DNA of 64,000 bases from an uncultured Armatimonadetes bacterium. Its GTDB lineage: Bacteria; Armatimonadota; Fimbriimonadia; Fimbriimonadales; Fimbriimonadaceae. Under the pieces are notes generated by a model. That model was not told the DNA's origin and ran no database searches. It saw only the letters and a program-made list of their open reading frames with translations. Position 1 is the stretch's first letter; each line of letters begins with the position of its first letter. Where the stretch lies: the NCBI GenBank assembly GCA_903899015.1, contig CAIUHP010000067.1:9796-73795 (forward strand). The letters run 5' to 3'. The position numbers and the translations under genes are program-made. Below are positions 27,281-36,746 of this stretch, piece by piece.

Positions 27281-29279
27281 CGGGCTACATGGTCCGCCAA
27301 GGAAAATTCAAGAAGTGGCCACTCAAACCAAAACGCAAGACTCAAAATTAAGTGGGTTTCTGACTGCGCTTAGAAATCCAAGAATTGCGCTTACGTCAGT
27401 TTGCGGTCTCACTCTTGGGGCCTCGTTCATACCGGGGTTGGGATGGCTCGCTTTCGTGGCCGCAATTGCCGGTTCATACGAAGCGGTCAAAGCTTCTGCC
27501 GATTCTCTTAAAGAAAAGAAGATCGACGTCAACCTTCTCATGGTATTCGCGGCAATTGGTGCCGTCATCGTCGGACGGGTATCGGACGCTGCCGCTTTAC
27601 TCTTTCTGTTCAGTTTATCAATCACCTTAGAATCGATCGCGATGTCGCGAACCAAGTCGGCCATTGAAAGCTTGGTCCGACTACGCCCCTCAAGCGCTAC
27701 CCTGCTTTCTGGCGATACTGAAACAACCGTCGAAGTGGAAAAACTCCAGATCGGGGATACGATTCGAATTCACGCCTATGAATCGGTACCTACCGATGCA
27801 GTCATTGTCGTGGGTCGAACCAAAGTTGATGCCAGTGCGATGACAGGGGAATCCCTTCCCGTCGAGTGTGGAGAAGGCGATTTGATCGTAGGCGGTACCC
27901 AAAATCTGGAGGGGACCGTTACAGCTAGAGTTACTGCTACCGTAGGAGATAGCGCTCTCGATCGTATTGTCTCCCTTGTCAAAGACGCTCAGGAGAACAA
28001 AGCTTCGGGGCAACGAATCAGTGATTGGTTTGGCCAGACCTACACCTTTTTTGTTCTCGGCTCATTTGGAGTGTCCTTTGTTGTTCGGATGCTCCTGAAG
28101 GAAACGGTTCCTGAAGCCTTTTACCTGTCTCTCACCCTTCTTGTTGGTATGAGTCCTTGCGCGTTGGTCATTTCCACTCCCGCGACCACGCTGAGCGCAC
28201 TAGCGTGGTGTGCTCGTAATGGAATCCTTGTTCGGGGAGGTGAGTTCATTGAACTAGCGGGCAAAGTGAACGCCATTGCCCTCGACAAGACAGGAACCCT
28301 GACTTGGGGGAAGCCACATCTCGATTTAGTGGCGTTTTCAGAATTCGATTCTCCAAATGAAATTCACGAATTCTCCTTTATTCAACAACCGGAAAATGGT
28401 CTCTCAGTCCCTTCTCAACCTATAAAAGAAGCAATCGCCCAAATTGCCGCGATCGAGCGATTTTCAAACCATCCTATTGCGACCGCAATTGTTTCCACCG
28501 CCGACGAACTTCAGATTGATATTCCCGAAATCACGGACCACAAGGTGCTATCAGGTCTGGGTGTTGGGGCCTACACTTCGGCGGGCAAGGTCCTTATCGG
28601 GCGCGAACGTTTGCTAGCAGCAGAAAACATTTCTATTCCAGATGCGCTTCAAGCCGCGCTCACTCAAGCTCAAGCCCGAGGATTTACAGTGAGCGTAGGT
28701 GCAACTCCGAATGGGATATGTATGCTTGCCTTTTCGGACTCTGTCAGATCGAATGCTCCCTCGTTCGTCCAACACCTCAAAGATCTCGGGCTCAAGCACA
28801 TCACCATCCTTACCGGAGATCGGCTCGAAACCGCAAAAACGGTTGCAGATCAAGTAGGCATCACTGAAGTCTATGCAGGCCTGATGCCAGGAGAAAAGAC
28901 CGAACGGATCAAGGAACTCTCCCAACAGTGTGAAGTCATGATGGTTGGAGATGGAGTGAACGATGCACCTAGCCTGGCAAGCGCCAGTGTGGGAGTCGCG
29001 ATGGGAAGATTAGGAAGCGATGTGGCCATGAATGCGGCGGATGTGGTTTTGATGCACGACCGATTGGATCGTATTCCCGACCTCATTCGCCTGGGCAGGA
29101 TGACCGTGGCGACTATACGTATGAATCTGGGCTTTGCCGGTCTCATGATAATCGCCCTCACATTTAGCTCTCTAGTGATCCGCTTACCTTTACCGATCGC
29201 TGTATTGGGCCACGAGGGTTCAACGGTGCTCGTCATTCTCAATGGACTTCGAATGTTGCGAGGCCCGAGGGAGGTTTAA
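27270..29279 (+). CDS. heavy-metal P-type ATPase, P1B-4-like (SPC / HEGST motifs)
   Basis: DKTGTLT, GDGVNDAP, TM6 SPC and TM8 HEGST. No N-terminal HMA domain. The listed TTG start overlaps the upstream terminator T-run, so GTG 27315 is a plausible alternative. Confidence 0.88.
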   Translation: MSVFGLHGPPRKIQEVATQTKTQDSKLSGFLTALRNPRIALTSVCGLTLGASFIPGLGWLAFVAAIAGSYEAVKASADSLKEKKIDVNLLMVFAAIGAVIVGRVSDAAALLFLFSLSITLESIAMSRTKSAIESLVRLRPSSATLLSGDTETTVEVEKLQIGDTIRIHAYESVPTDAVIVVGRTKVDASAMTGESLPVECGEGDLIVGGTQNLEGTVTARVTATVGDSALDRIVSLVKDAQENKASGQRISDWFGQTYTFFVLGSFGVSFVVRMLLKETVPEAFYLSLTLLVGMSPCALVISTPATTLSALAWCARNGILVRGGEFIELAGKVNAIALDKTGTLTWGKPHLDLVAFSEFDSPNEIHEFSFIQQPENGLSVPSQPIKEAIAQIAAIERFSNHPIATAIVSTADELQIDIPEITDHKVLSGLGVGAYTSAGKVLIGRERLLAAENISIPDALQAALTQAQARGFTVSVGATPNGICMLAFSDSVRSNAPSFVQHLKDLGLKHITILTGDRLETAKTVADQVGITEVYAGLMPGEKTERIKELSQQCEVMMVGDGVNDAPSLASASVGVAMGRLGSDVAMNAADVVLMHDRLDRIPDLIRLGRMTVATIRMNLGFAGLMIIALTFSSLVIRLPLPIAVLGHEGSTVLVILNGLRMLRGPREV

Positions 29280-29285
29280 ACTCCA

Positions 29286-30236
29286 ATGATTCTCACCGTC
29301 ACCTTGAATCCTAGTGTCGATCACACCCTCTTCCTAACCGAGTGGGTTTTGAACGACACGAATCGGGCCACCAGGGTGGAACGTGATGCCGGCGGCAAAG
29401 GAGTGAACATATCTCGCGTGATTCACGGCTTGGGCGGAAAAACCCTTGCTACCGGATTTCTAGGCGGAGGTGCCGGAGCCTACGTGAAGCACACGCTGGA
29501 GCGGGAAGGCGTTCCAAACCAATTCGTCCCCATTCGTGATGAGACTCGAATTGACTTCTCAATCGAATTGACGGACGGGAAGCCCCCAACCTGTGTCAAC
29601 GAGCCAGGACCTACCGTTTACGACTCAGAAGTGGAAACGCTCGTCGACCTACTAAAGGGACTCCTGCCCAAAGCACGGTGGCTCGTTTTAGGCGGTTCCC
29701 ATCCACCCGGGACTCCAACAGATATTTTTCGCAGGATTGGCAGGATTTCGCGCAACGCTGGAATTCCGTTTGCCTTAGATGCTGACGGAGACGTACTGAA
29801 ACTCGGCGTCGAGGCAGGCCCAACTTTTTTAAAACCAAACGCGGCTGAGGCATCTCGATTTCTTGGTCGTCCACTGCGATCACTTGAAGATTGCATCTTG
29901 GGCGCCCGGGAAATATGCGACGTTGTCGAGTCTCAGCAGCGTGACGAACATGTCGTCACGGTCGTGAGTAGAGGTGCCCTCGGCGCGGTAATGAGTAGCC
30001 ATGGCAAGACCTGGATCGGGGAATCTCCAAGAGTCGAGAAAAACAGCACGGTTGGCAGCGGCGATTCGATGGTGGGGGCAATGCTAACCCTTCTCGACAA
30101 AGGCTGTTCTCCTCCCGAAGCATTCCAGTTCGGACTCGCCGCCGGAGCCGCTACCGCAGCCAAGATGGGGGGAGGATTAGCTAATTTGGAAGACTTAGAG
30201 CCCCTACTCGACCAAGTCAAAATCCGAGAAGCTTAA
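29286..30236 (+). CDS. PfkB-family sugar kinase (1-phosphofructokinase/tagatose-6-P kinase-like)
   Basis: The MILTVTLNPSVD start is typical of FruK/LacC. GGKGVN, and a C-terminal GSGDS motif. Confidence 0.85.
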   Translation: MILTVTLNPSVDHTLFLTEWVLNDTNRATRVERDAGGKGVNISRVIHGLGGKTLATGFLGGGAGAYVKHTLEREGVPNQFVPIRDETRIDFSIELTDGKPPTCVNEPGPTVYDSEVETLVDLLKGLLPKARWLVLGGSHPPGTPTDIFRRIGRISRNAGIPFALDADGDVLKLGVEAGPTFLKPNAAEASRFLGRPLRSLEDCILGAREICDVVESQQRDEHVVTVVSRGALGAVMSSHGKTWIGESPRVEKNSTVGSGDSMVGAMLTLLDKGCSPPEAFQFGLAAGAATAAKMGGGLANLEDLEPLLDQVKIREA

Positions 30237-30348
30237 GGTCCACAAGATCTATTCGCCAATCGAAGGTGGCTAGCCTTGCCAAATCACGATTGTTCTCATC
30301 AGCGGCTCGAATTTTAAGGAGTGAGCGTGGAAGGGGTAAAACGGCTCT

Positions 30349-31182
30349 ATGAATCCCGTTTGGAGTCTGTTCCCGAAAGCCTATCGCGACATCGAAACTA
30401 AGCGTTTGGTCGCGTTGGTGAAGGAAGTTGGACTCGACACGACCAACGTGATTGTTCGAAAGGGACATCCAGTCAATGAGGAGAATCTAGCGGATTCTCT
30501 TCCCCGCTTCGTCAAGGACGCCGAAACGGAAGGTATCCGAGTGACCTGTGCTTCAACCATGCTTACCCCCGATGAGATAACTTGTGCGGAGAGTCCGTTG
30601 AAAGTGTTTGCCGACTGTGGCATTCATGAATTCCGAATGGGATGGTTTCCAAAAGCAGAAGATGATATCCGGGGAGCCATTCACCTAGCCAAAGCAGATA
30701 TGGATCGTGTAGTAGAGGCATGCAAAAAATATCATGTTCGGGCCATTTATCAGGTCCACCACAATACGCTGGTATCGTCCCCAAGCGCCGCCTACAACCT
30801 CGTTCGCGGACTCCCAGCAGAATGGGTCGGCGTTGAACTTGACCCTGGCAACCAGAGTTTCCAAGGCTTTGAGCTATGGCACTACTCGGTCGGGCTACTT
30901 GGCGAATACTGCGCTTGGGTTGGCGTCAAAGACACCATAACGTGGCAGGACTCGGCCCATGTTACCGATGCCGACAAAGGATGGAGGCGGAATTTCGCAC
31001 CTTTGTCCGAAGGCGTCACTAACTGGCATAAGCTCGTCGATGCTCTCCTGCAGAATAGCTTCGACGGAACGCTCGTCTTCATGCCCTTTTACGACGAAGA
31101 AGACGATTCCCTCCGGACAACGAAGCTCAAAGCTGAAGTCACCTATCTTCGAGATCTGTCCGCAAGACAAACCGGTCAATAA
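30349..31182 (+). CDS. sugar phosphate isomerase/epimerase (TIM barrel)
   Basis: 277 aa. HHNT, ELDPGN and similar strand-end motifs of xylose-isomerase-like TIM barrels. Confidence 0.7.
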   Translation: MNPVWSLFPKAYRDIETKRLVALVKEVGLDTTNVIVRKGHPVNEENLADSLPRFVKDAETEGIRVTCASTMLTPDEITCAESPLKVFADCGIHEFRMGWFPKAEDDIRGAIHLAKADMDRVVEACKKYHVRAIYQVHHNTLVSSPSAAYNLVRGLPAEWVGVELDPGNQSFQGFELWHYSVGLLGEYCAWVGVKDTITWQDSAHVTDADKGWRRNFAPLSEGVTNWHKLVDALLQNSFDGTLVFMPFYDEEDDSLRTTKLKAEVTYLRDLSARQTGQ

Positions 31183-31185
31183 AGG

Positions 31186-31227
31186 GAACCTAAGAATCGC
31201 CTAGTATTCCTTTTAGGTTCACATTTT
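31186..31227 (+). terminator. possible terminator after the TIM-barrel gene
   Basis: 8-bp stem GAACCTAA (31186-31193) / TTAGGTTC (31213-31220) with a 19-nt loop, followed by ACATTTT. Confidence 0.35.
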
Positions 31228-31246
31228 AAGTGTCAAACTAAGCTCC

Positions 31247-33922
31247 ATGATTGCCGTGTTGGCATTAGCGTGCTTGGGTGCATCTCAGTCCAATGATTCC
31301 CTGGTAAATGGGTGGAACAACGTTCCCAATTCGACGCGCGCTCGCATGTATTGGCGAGTTTTTGGCCCCGCATGGGACCATGCCAACATTGATCGGCAAC
31401 TGAAATTGGTTAAGGCTGCCGGGCTCGGTGGTGTCATGACCTACTTCATGTATCCCTTTGCCCTGGATGAACCAGGCAAGTGGCACAACCAACCATTTAA
31501 CTCTCCAGAATTCCTTGAAAACCTTGGCTACGCAGTTCGATCTGCCAAGCGCCTTGGTCTCAGATTTAGTATTTGTGGTAGCACCGGTTGGCCCTATGGT
31601 GGAAGCAAAGTGTCCGTACCTGATAGCGCTCAAATGCTCAAGCGGCTTGCGGGAATGGTGAGCAATGGAACCACGACTTTCAAACAACCTTTCCGCCCAA
31701 ACGATGGTGATCAAGTGGTCGCCTATTTTCAGGATGGGAAGTGGATAGCCAAGCCTCACGATGGCCCAGTCGTTGCGTTCGTTGAGGGGCCCACTCGGAT
31801 GCAGGTCAAGCGCCCGTCCCTTGGAAACGAAGGCTTGGTCGTCGATCATCTGAACTCAGAAGCCGTGACCCGATATCTGGAGTCGACAGTTAGACCCATG
31901 CTCGATTCCGCTCCTAACGGAATCGAATCGATCTTTTCCGACAGCTTAGAAGTTTATCGAGAGAATTGGACTCACGATTTCCCCAGGGACTTCAGAAATG
32001 CTCGAGGCTACGATTTGATCCCCCACCTCGAAGAGTTGTTTGATGATAACGCCATCCATTCGAAACCATTAAGGCAAGATTTTTGGCGAACCGTCGCGGA
32101 ACTCGCAGAAACTCGGTACGTGAAGACGTTGTTTGACTGGTCTCATCGACAAGGGATTACGACTGAACTTCAACCGTACGGCACCCCGCCGCTTCCAATG
32201 ACTTCCTCTGCCTTTATTGATATGCCAACCGCAGAGCACTACGAGTGGATGGGCTTCAATGTCTGCCGTTACGTCGCATCAGCCGCTCACCAGCAAGGTA
32301 AGAATCTCGTAGGCTCGGAGGCTTGGACCTGGGGAGCGATTCCCAATCGGCTCACTGACACTCTGAGTGACTTGAAAGTCATGAGTGATATGCACTTCCT
32401 CAGCGGAGTGAACGACATCACCGGCGTCGACTTTCCCTATTCACCAAAATCAGCCGGTGTTCCTGGTTGGCTTCCCTACTACGGACCTTCCATCGGGGAG
32501 AACAATCCCCAATGGGCAGTCTTTCCTGAACTCGTAAATTATCTCAACCGTTGTTCGTGGATGCTTCGGCAAGGTTCACCGGCTGCAAAAGTCGGAGTTT
32601 ATCTCCCCATCGAAGATGGAATGGCGAACGGTGGAACGGAGCAACTGCTCCTCGATTTCGCAGTGCGAGACCATTTCGTCAACGGTCCACTCACGAGTGA
32701 GTTTGGATTAACGAAAGCAATGACCCACCGGTCGGACCTTGTCACAACCTTGATGAAAATCGGGGTGGAGTTCGATGGCCTGGACTTTTGGTCGTTGAAC
32801 CGCGCAGGTCATGTCGAAGGATCCGGAACAGATGCTTTCTTTCGCGTCGGGCAAGCCAAATATTCAATCATTGTCCTGCCTAGAATCGAATCGATCGATC
32901 TCAACGCTTATCGTATCTTAGAAGCATTCTCAAAGAAAGGAGGCACTGTCATAGCGATAGGAAAGCTTCCCTCCAAGGCTCTGGGGTTGAATGAGACTTC
33001 TGCCGATCAAGAAGTCCGAGCAATCTCTCAAAGGCTCTTTCAGAGGCAACCCACTTCGACAGGTTCGTTGACAACTTGCTTCGTCAAACAAGACTCAGAT
33101 CTCGAAATCTTAACTCGCGGCAAAGTAGCAACCGTTGAAATGGCCGTGCCCTCTCAGACGGTCGCGGTCGTCAAGAGGATTTTGGAAGACTGCGAGATCT
33201 ATTTTGTAGCGAACCCAAACAACTCGCCCAACACGGTCGAACTCAAACTCCTTCCTCAGAGAAAGTACTTGGAGATTTGGGATCCGATGTCGGGCAAGAT
33301 TGTGAGTTCGCGAGAGAAATCAGTGACCCTATCATTGTCTGCCCGTGGTTCCCAATTTGTTGTCGCTACGGATCGAGCCACTCCCGGATCAATTGCCGAC
33401 AAGACTGAAAACAAATCTGAAGTTATCCAAGAAATTAAGCCCGTGAAAGATTGGATGCTTAGCTTTAAGGGGCCAGACGCTCCTCCAGCAATGCACCTCA
33501 ATTCTCCTATCCCCTGGGAGACTCTTCCCGGTTGTCAGGCATTTTCTGGAATGGGCGTCTATCAGACTCAATTCGCGATGGCTAATCCGATGGCAAAGAC
33601 GGTTTACTTAGGGTTCCGTGATATCCACGATGCAGCCGAAGTTTTCATCAACGGAAAGCGTGCAGGTGCTGTTTGGAACCCGCCCTACCAGCTCGATATA
33701 ACTTCGCTGGTTCATGCTGGTCGTAATCGCCTTGAAATACGCGTTTATAACTCTATGGTCAACCGATTTATTAGCCTTCCCGATCAAGATATCAAAGGTC
33801 TGCGTGCAAAATACGGCAATCGGTTCTCGGCTCCGGAAGAAAAGGAATTGATGAAGTCACCCGCTTTGTCCGGAATCAGTTCCTCTCCTTATTTGACTCT
33901 CTCGGCTCGGAAGGGCAACTAG
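31247..33922 (+). CDS. secreted glycoside hydrolase, GH106-like (putative alpha-L-rhamnosidase type)
   Basis: 891 aa with a signal peptide. The N-terminal RARMYWRVFG..IDRQLKLVKAAGLGGV and the C-terminal galactose-binding-like EVFINGKRAGAVWNPPYQLDIT..NRLEIRVYNSMVNR resemble BT0986-type enzymes. Family assignment is from memory. Confidence 0.6.
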   Translation: MIAVLALACLGASQSNDSLVNGWNNVPNSTRARMYWRVFGPAWDHANIDRQLKLVKAAGLGGVMTYFMYPFALDEPGKWHNQPFNSPEFLENLGYAVRSAKRLGLRFSICGSTGWPYGGSKVSVPDSAQMLKRLAGMVSNGTTTFKQPFRPNDGDQVVAYFQDGKWIAKPHDGPVVAFVEGPTRMQVKRPSLGNEGLVVDHLNSEAVTRYLESTVRPMLDSAPNGIESIFSDSLEVYRENWTHDFPRDFRNARGYDLIPHLEELFDDNAIHSKPLRQDFWRTVAELAETRYVKTLFDWSHRQGITTELQPYGTPPLPMTSSAFIDMPTAEHYEWMGFNVCRYVASAAHQQGKNLVGSEAWTWGAIPNRLTDTLSDLKVMSDMHFLSGVNDITGVDFPYSPKSAGVPGWLPYYGPSIGENNPQWAVFPELVNYLNRCSWMLRQGSPAAKVGVYLPIEDGMANGGTEQLLLDFAVRDHFVNGPLTSEFGLTKAMTHRSDLVTTLMKIGVEFDGLDFWSLNRAGHVEGSGTDAFFRVGQAKYSIIVLPRIESIDLNAYRILEAFSKKGGTVIAIGKLPSKALGLNETSADQEVRAISQRLFQRQPTSTGSLTTCFVKQDSDLEILTRGKVATVEMAVPSQTVAVVKRILEDCEIYFVANPNNSPNTVELKLLPQRKYLEIWDPMSGKIVSSREKSVTLSLSARGSQFVVATDRATPGSIADKTENKSEVIQEIKPVKDWMLSFKGPDAPPAMHLNSPIPWETLPGCQAFSGMGVYQTQFAMANPMAKTVYLGFRDIHDAAEVFINGKRAGAVWNPPYQLDITSLVHAGRNRLEIRVYNSMVNRFISLPDQDIKGLRAKYGNRFSAPEEKELMKSPALSGISSSPYLTLSARKGN

Positions 33923-33927
33923 CACTC

Positions 33928-35907
33928 ATGATTCTTGTCGCCCTCGCTGTCGCCACACTTCACCGTCAAGCCTTAAAACTTCCCTCCTTGTTTTCAGACA
34001 ACATGGTCTTCCAACGGGGAGTATCGGTTCCATTTTATGGTTCCTCCAACCCGTCGGAGACCATTACCGTCACGCTAAACGGTCAAACAGCAAGCACAAA
34101 AGCTGGTCCCGATGGTAAATGGTTGTTACGTTTACAACCGCTGTCTGCAGGTGGCCCATTCACGGCAACGGTGCAATCCGATACGTCCCTTGTGACACTC
34201 AAAGACGTTGAGGTCGGAGAAGTTTGGGTTTGCTCAGGACAGTCCAACATGGAATTTGTTGAGTCCGGCGCCGACGACTACGCTCAGGCTCAAGACGAGG
34301 CAAACCCATCCTTACGCATGTTTACGGTTGGACAAGCGTCAACGGAAGAACCGGCCAGCGATGTGAGGGGGGCCTGGATTCCCGCAACGAAGCACAGTAT
34401 CGGCGCCTTCTCAGCGGTTGCTTTGGCATTTGGACGGGAACTTCAAAATAATCTCAATGTTCCAGTTGGGCTCATCGTGTCGTCTTGGGGTGGAACGAAA
34501 GCCGAATCTTGGACCAGCCGCGATGCCTTGTCGTCGAATGATTCCCTGAAGATCGTCATGGATCTCTACCGAGAAGAGCTCAAGTCATTTCCGGCCAAGT
34601 ACGAACAGTTCAAATCAGATCTCAAAGAATGGATCGCCTCGCGAGCCGATAGCGGAAACGAAGGATTTTTAAAAGGCTGGGAAAACAGAAAGATTGACAC
34701 TTCGACTTGGAAGTCGGTGTATCTTCCCGGAACAATCGAAAAACTTGAACCCAGCGAAGATGGCGCATCTTTTGACGGAGCGGCTTGGTTTCGAACCTCC
34801 TTCATCGTGCCGTCGAAGTGGACGGGACAGGCCCTGGTCGCAGAATTGGGACCAATTGCTGACTACGACGACGCTTATGTCAACGGAACAAAGATCGGTA
34901 TGACCAAAGCCACGAATCAAGAAGGATCCAAGCTCCCTCGTACGTATCGAATCGCCCCCGGAATTCTTCTCGACGGCGAGAATACGCTTGCGATTCGAGT
35001 TTACGCGGCTCAGGGAGCATGCGGATTTACGGGTCTCGCGGACCAGATGAAGATTCGGCCCGCAAACTCGGATTCGGACGAGTCCATACCGCTCGCTGGC
35101 ACTTGGCTCGCTAAGGTTGAAAAGAAAGTCGATACGTCTCTTCAAGCTCCTCACCTACCGATCGGTCCTGGAAACCCAAAAGCACCAGGAGGGCTGTTCA
35201 ACGGAATGATCGCACCTTTGATGCCTTATGCGATGAAGGGTGTTATTTGGTATCAAGGAGAGTCCAATGCCGATCAATCGAGTTTGTACAACATCCTCTT
35301 CCCAACGCTGATTCGAGATTGGCGGCAGAAATGGAATCAAGGTCAGTTTCCTTTCTATTTCGTACAGCTCCCTAATTTCCATGACCGCGTGTCGGAACCC
35401 GGTGAAAGTGATTGGGCAAGCCTAAGAGAAGCCCAAAGCAACGCCTTAAAGTTGACCAATACCGGTATGGCAACCATCCTTGATCTAGGCGAGGCGGCTA
35501 CGATCCACCCAAAAAAGAAACGAGAAGTCGGGCAAAGGCTAGCCGCCATTGCCCTCTCGAAGAACTATGGCGTTCATAAAGTTTGGGCAGGTCCAATGTT
35601 TCACTATATGGTCACGAATAACGACTCCCTGCGTGTCTATTTCCAACACACCGAAGATCGATTGAAAACCACGGATGGTAAAGCTCCAGTTGGATTTGCG
35701 ATCGCAGGGTCTGATCAGCGATTCTATTGGGCAACCGCTCGAATAGAAGGGATATCGGTGGTCCTGAGCTGTCCAGAAGTTCCTAATCCGATTGCTGTTC
35801 GCTATGCTTGGGCTGATAATCCTGAAATCAATCTCGTCAATTCAGCAGGCTTGCCAACGGCACCATTTAGAACCGATAATTGGCGTAGCGCAAAGAGTCA
35901 ACAATGA
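33928..35907 (+). CDS. sialate O-acetylesterase (SASA/SGNH-like) family carbohydrate esterase
   Basis: The GEVWVCSGQSNME active-site block, WYQGESN, and an inserted beta-sandwich-like middle domain. 659 aa with an N-terminal hydrophobic leader. Confidence 0.85.
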   Translation: MILVALAVATLHRQALKLPSLFSDNMVFQRGVSVPFYGSSNPSETITVTLNGQTASTKAGPDGKWLLRLQPLSAGGPFTATVQSDTSLVTLKDVEVGEVWVCSGQSNMEFVESGADDYAQAQDEANPSLRMFTVGQASTEEPASDVRGAWIPATKHSIGAFSAVALAFGRELQNNLNVPVGLIVSSWGGTKAESWTSRDALSSNDSLKIVMDLYREELKSFPAKYEQFKSDLKEWIASRADSGNEGFLKGWENRKIDTSTWKSVYLPGTIEKLEPSEDGASFDGAAWFRTSFIVPSKWTGQALVAELGPIADYDDAYVNGTKIGMTKATNQEGSKLPRTYRIAPGILLDGENTLAIRVYAAQGACGFTGLADQMKIRPANSDSDESIPLAGTWLAKVEKKVDTSLQAPHLPIGPGNPKAPGGLFNGMIAPLMPYAMKGVIWYQGESNADQSSLYNILFPTLIRDWRQKWNQGQFPFYFVQLPNFHDRVSEPGESDWASLREAQSNALKLTNTGMATILDLGEAATIHPKKKREVGQRLAAIALSKNYGVHKVWAGPMFHYMVTNNDSLRVYFQHTEDRLKTTDGKAPVGFAIAGSDQRFYWATARIEGISVVLSCPEVPNPIAVRYAWADNPEINLVNSAGLPTAPFRTDNWRSAKSQQ

Positions 35908-36704
35908 AAGTTCATCGACTATGGGAAGGAGAAGCTCCTGGAGCATTAGGGACCGGTCCGGAAGATATTCCCACTCTCACTGAGTATTCGGACACCAATC
36001 CAAGCGAGTCACGAGCAGCCTTTGTGATTTGTCCGGGCGGTGGCTATGGCGGACTAGCCGACCATGAAGGGAAACCGATTGCGGAGTTTATGGAATCGCT
36101 CGGAATCAAGAGCTTTGTTCTTAAATACCGGTTGGGTCCGAAATATCACCATCCCGTGATGCTGCACGATGTCAACCGTGCGATTCGCTTTGTCCGCGCG
36201 CACGCGACGGATCTCGGAGTCGATAGCACGCGCATCGGCGTTTTGGGCTTTTCTGCCGGAGGACATTTAACTTCAACCGCCGTCACCTACTTCGATGCCG
36301 GAAATAACGCCAGCACCGATGCCGTTGAGCGTGCCAGTGCTCGCCCTGACCTTGGAGTCCTTATCTACCCCGTTATTTCCATGGGGCCGCTCGGTCATGC
36401 CGGATCACGCGAGAATTTACTCGGCAAGAACGCGACTCCCACCCAAATCGAAGCTTTATCAAGCGAGAAGAATGTGTCCCTCCAAACTCCGCCTTGCTTC
36501 TTGTTCCATGGGGCTGATGACACAGTCGTTCCCATCCAAAATTCGCTGATGTTTGGCACGGCCTTAGCCGAGCATAAAATTCCGTTTGAGCTGCATGTAC
36601 CTCAGCACGGTCAACACGGATTTGGACTTGGTACTGTCGGTAGCCCCCAAGATTGGCGCCAGCTGTGCTCCACCTGGCTGAAACTACACGGATTCATCAA
36701 GTAA
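35904..36704 (+). CDS. alpha/beta hydrolase (acetyl esterase/lipase-like)
   Basis: The GFSAGGH nucleophile elbow, HGADDTVV and a C-terminal H (QHGQHGF). ATGA overlap with the upstream esterase gene. Confidence 0.8.
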   Translation: MKVHRLWEGEAPGALGTGPEDIPTLTEYSDTNPSESRAAFVICPGGGYGGLADHEGKPIAEFMESLGIKSFVLKYRLGPKYHHPVMLHDVNRAIRFVRAHATDLGVDSTRIGVLGFSAGGHLTSTAVTYFDAGNNASTDAVERASARPDLGVLIYPVISMGPLGHAGSRENLLGKNATPTQIEALSSEKNVSLQTPPCFLFHGADDTVVPIQNSLMFGTALAEHKIPFELHVPQHGQHGFGLGTVGSPQDWRQLCSTWLKLHGFIK

Positions 36705-36746
36705 GGGCTACGAATATCCGGGCTCGATCTAGATAAACTAGCCAGC

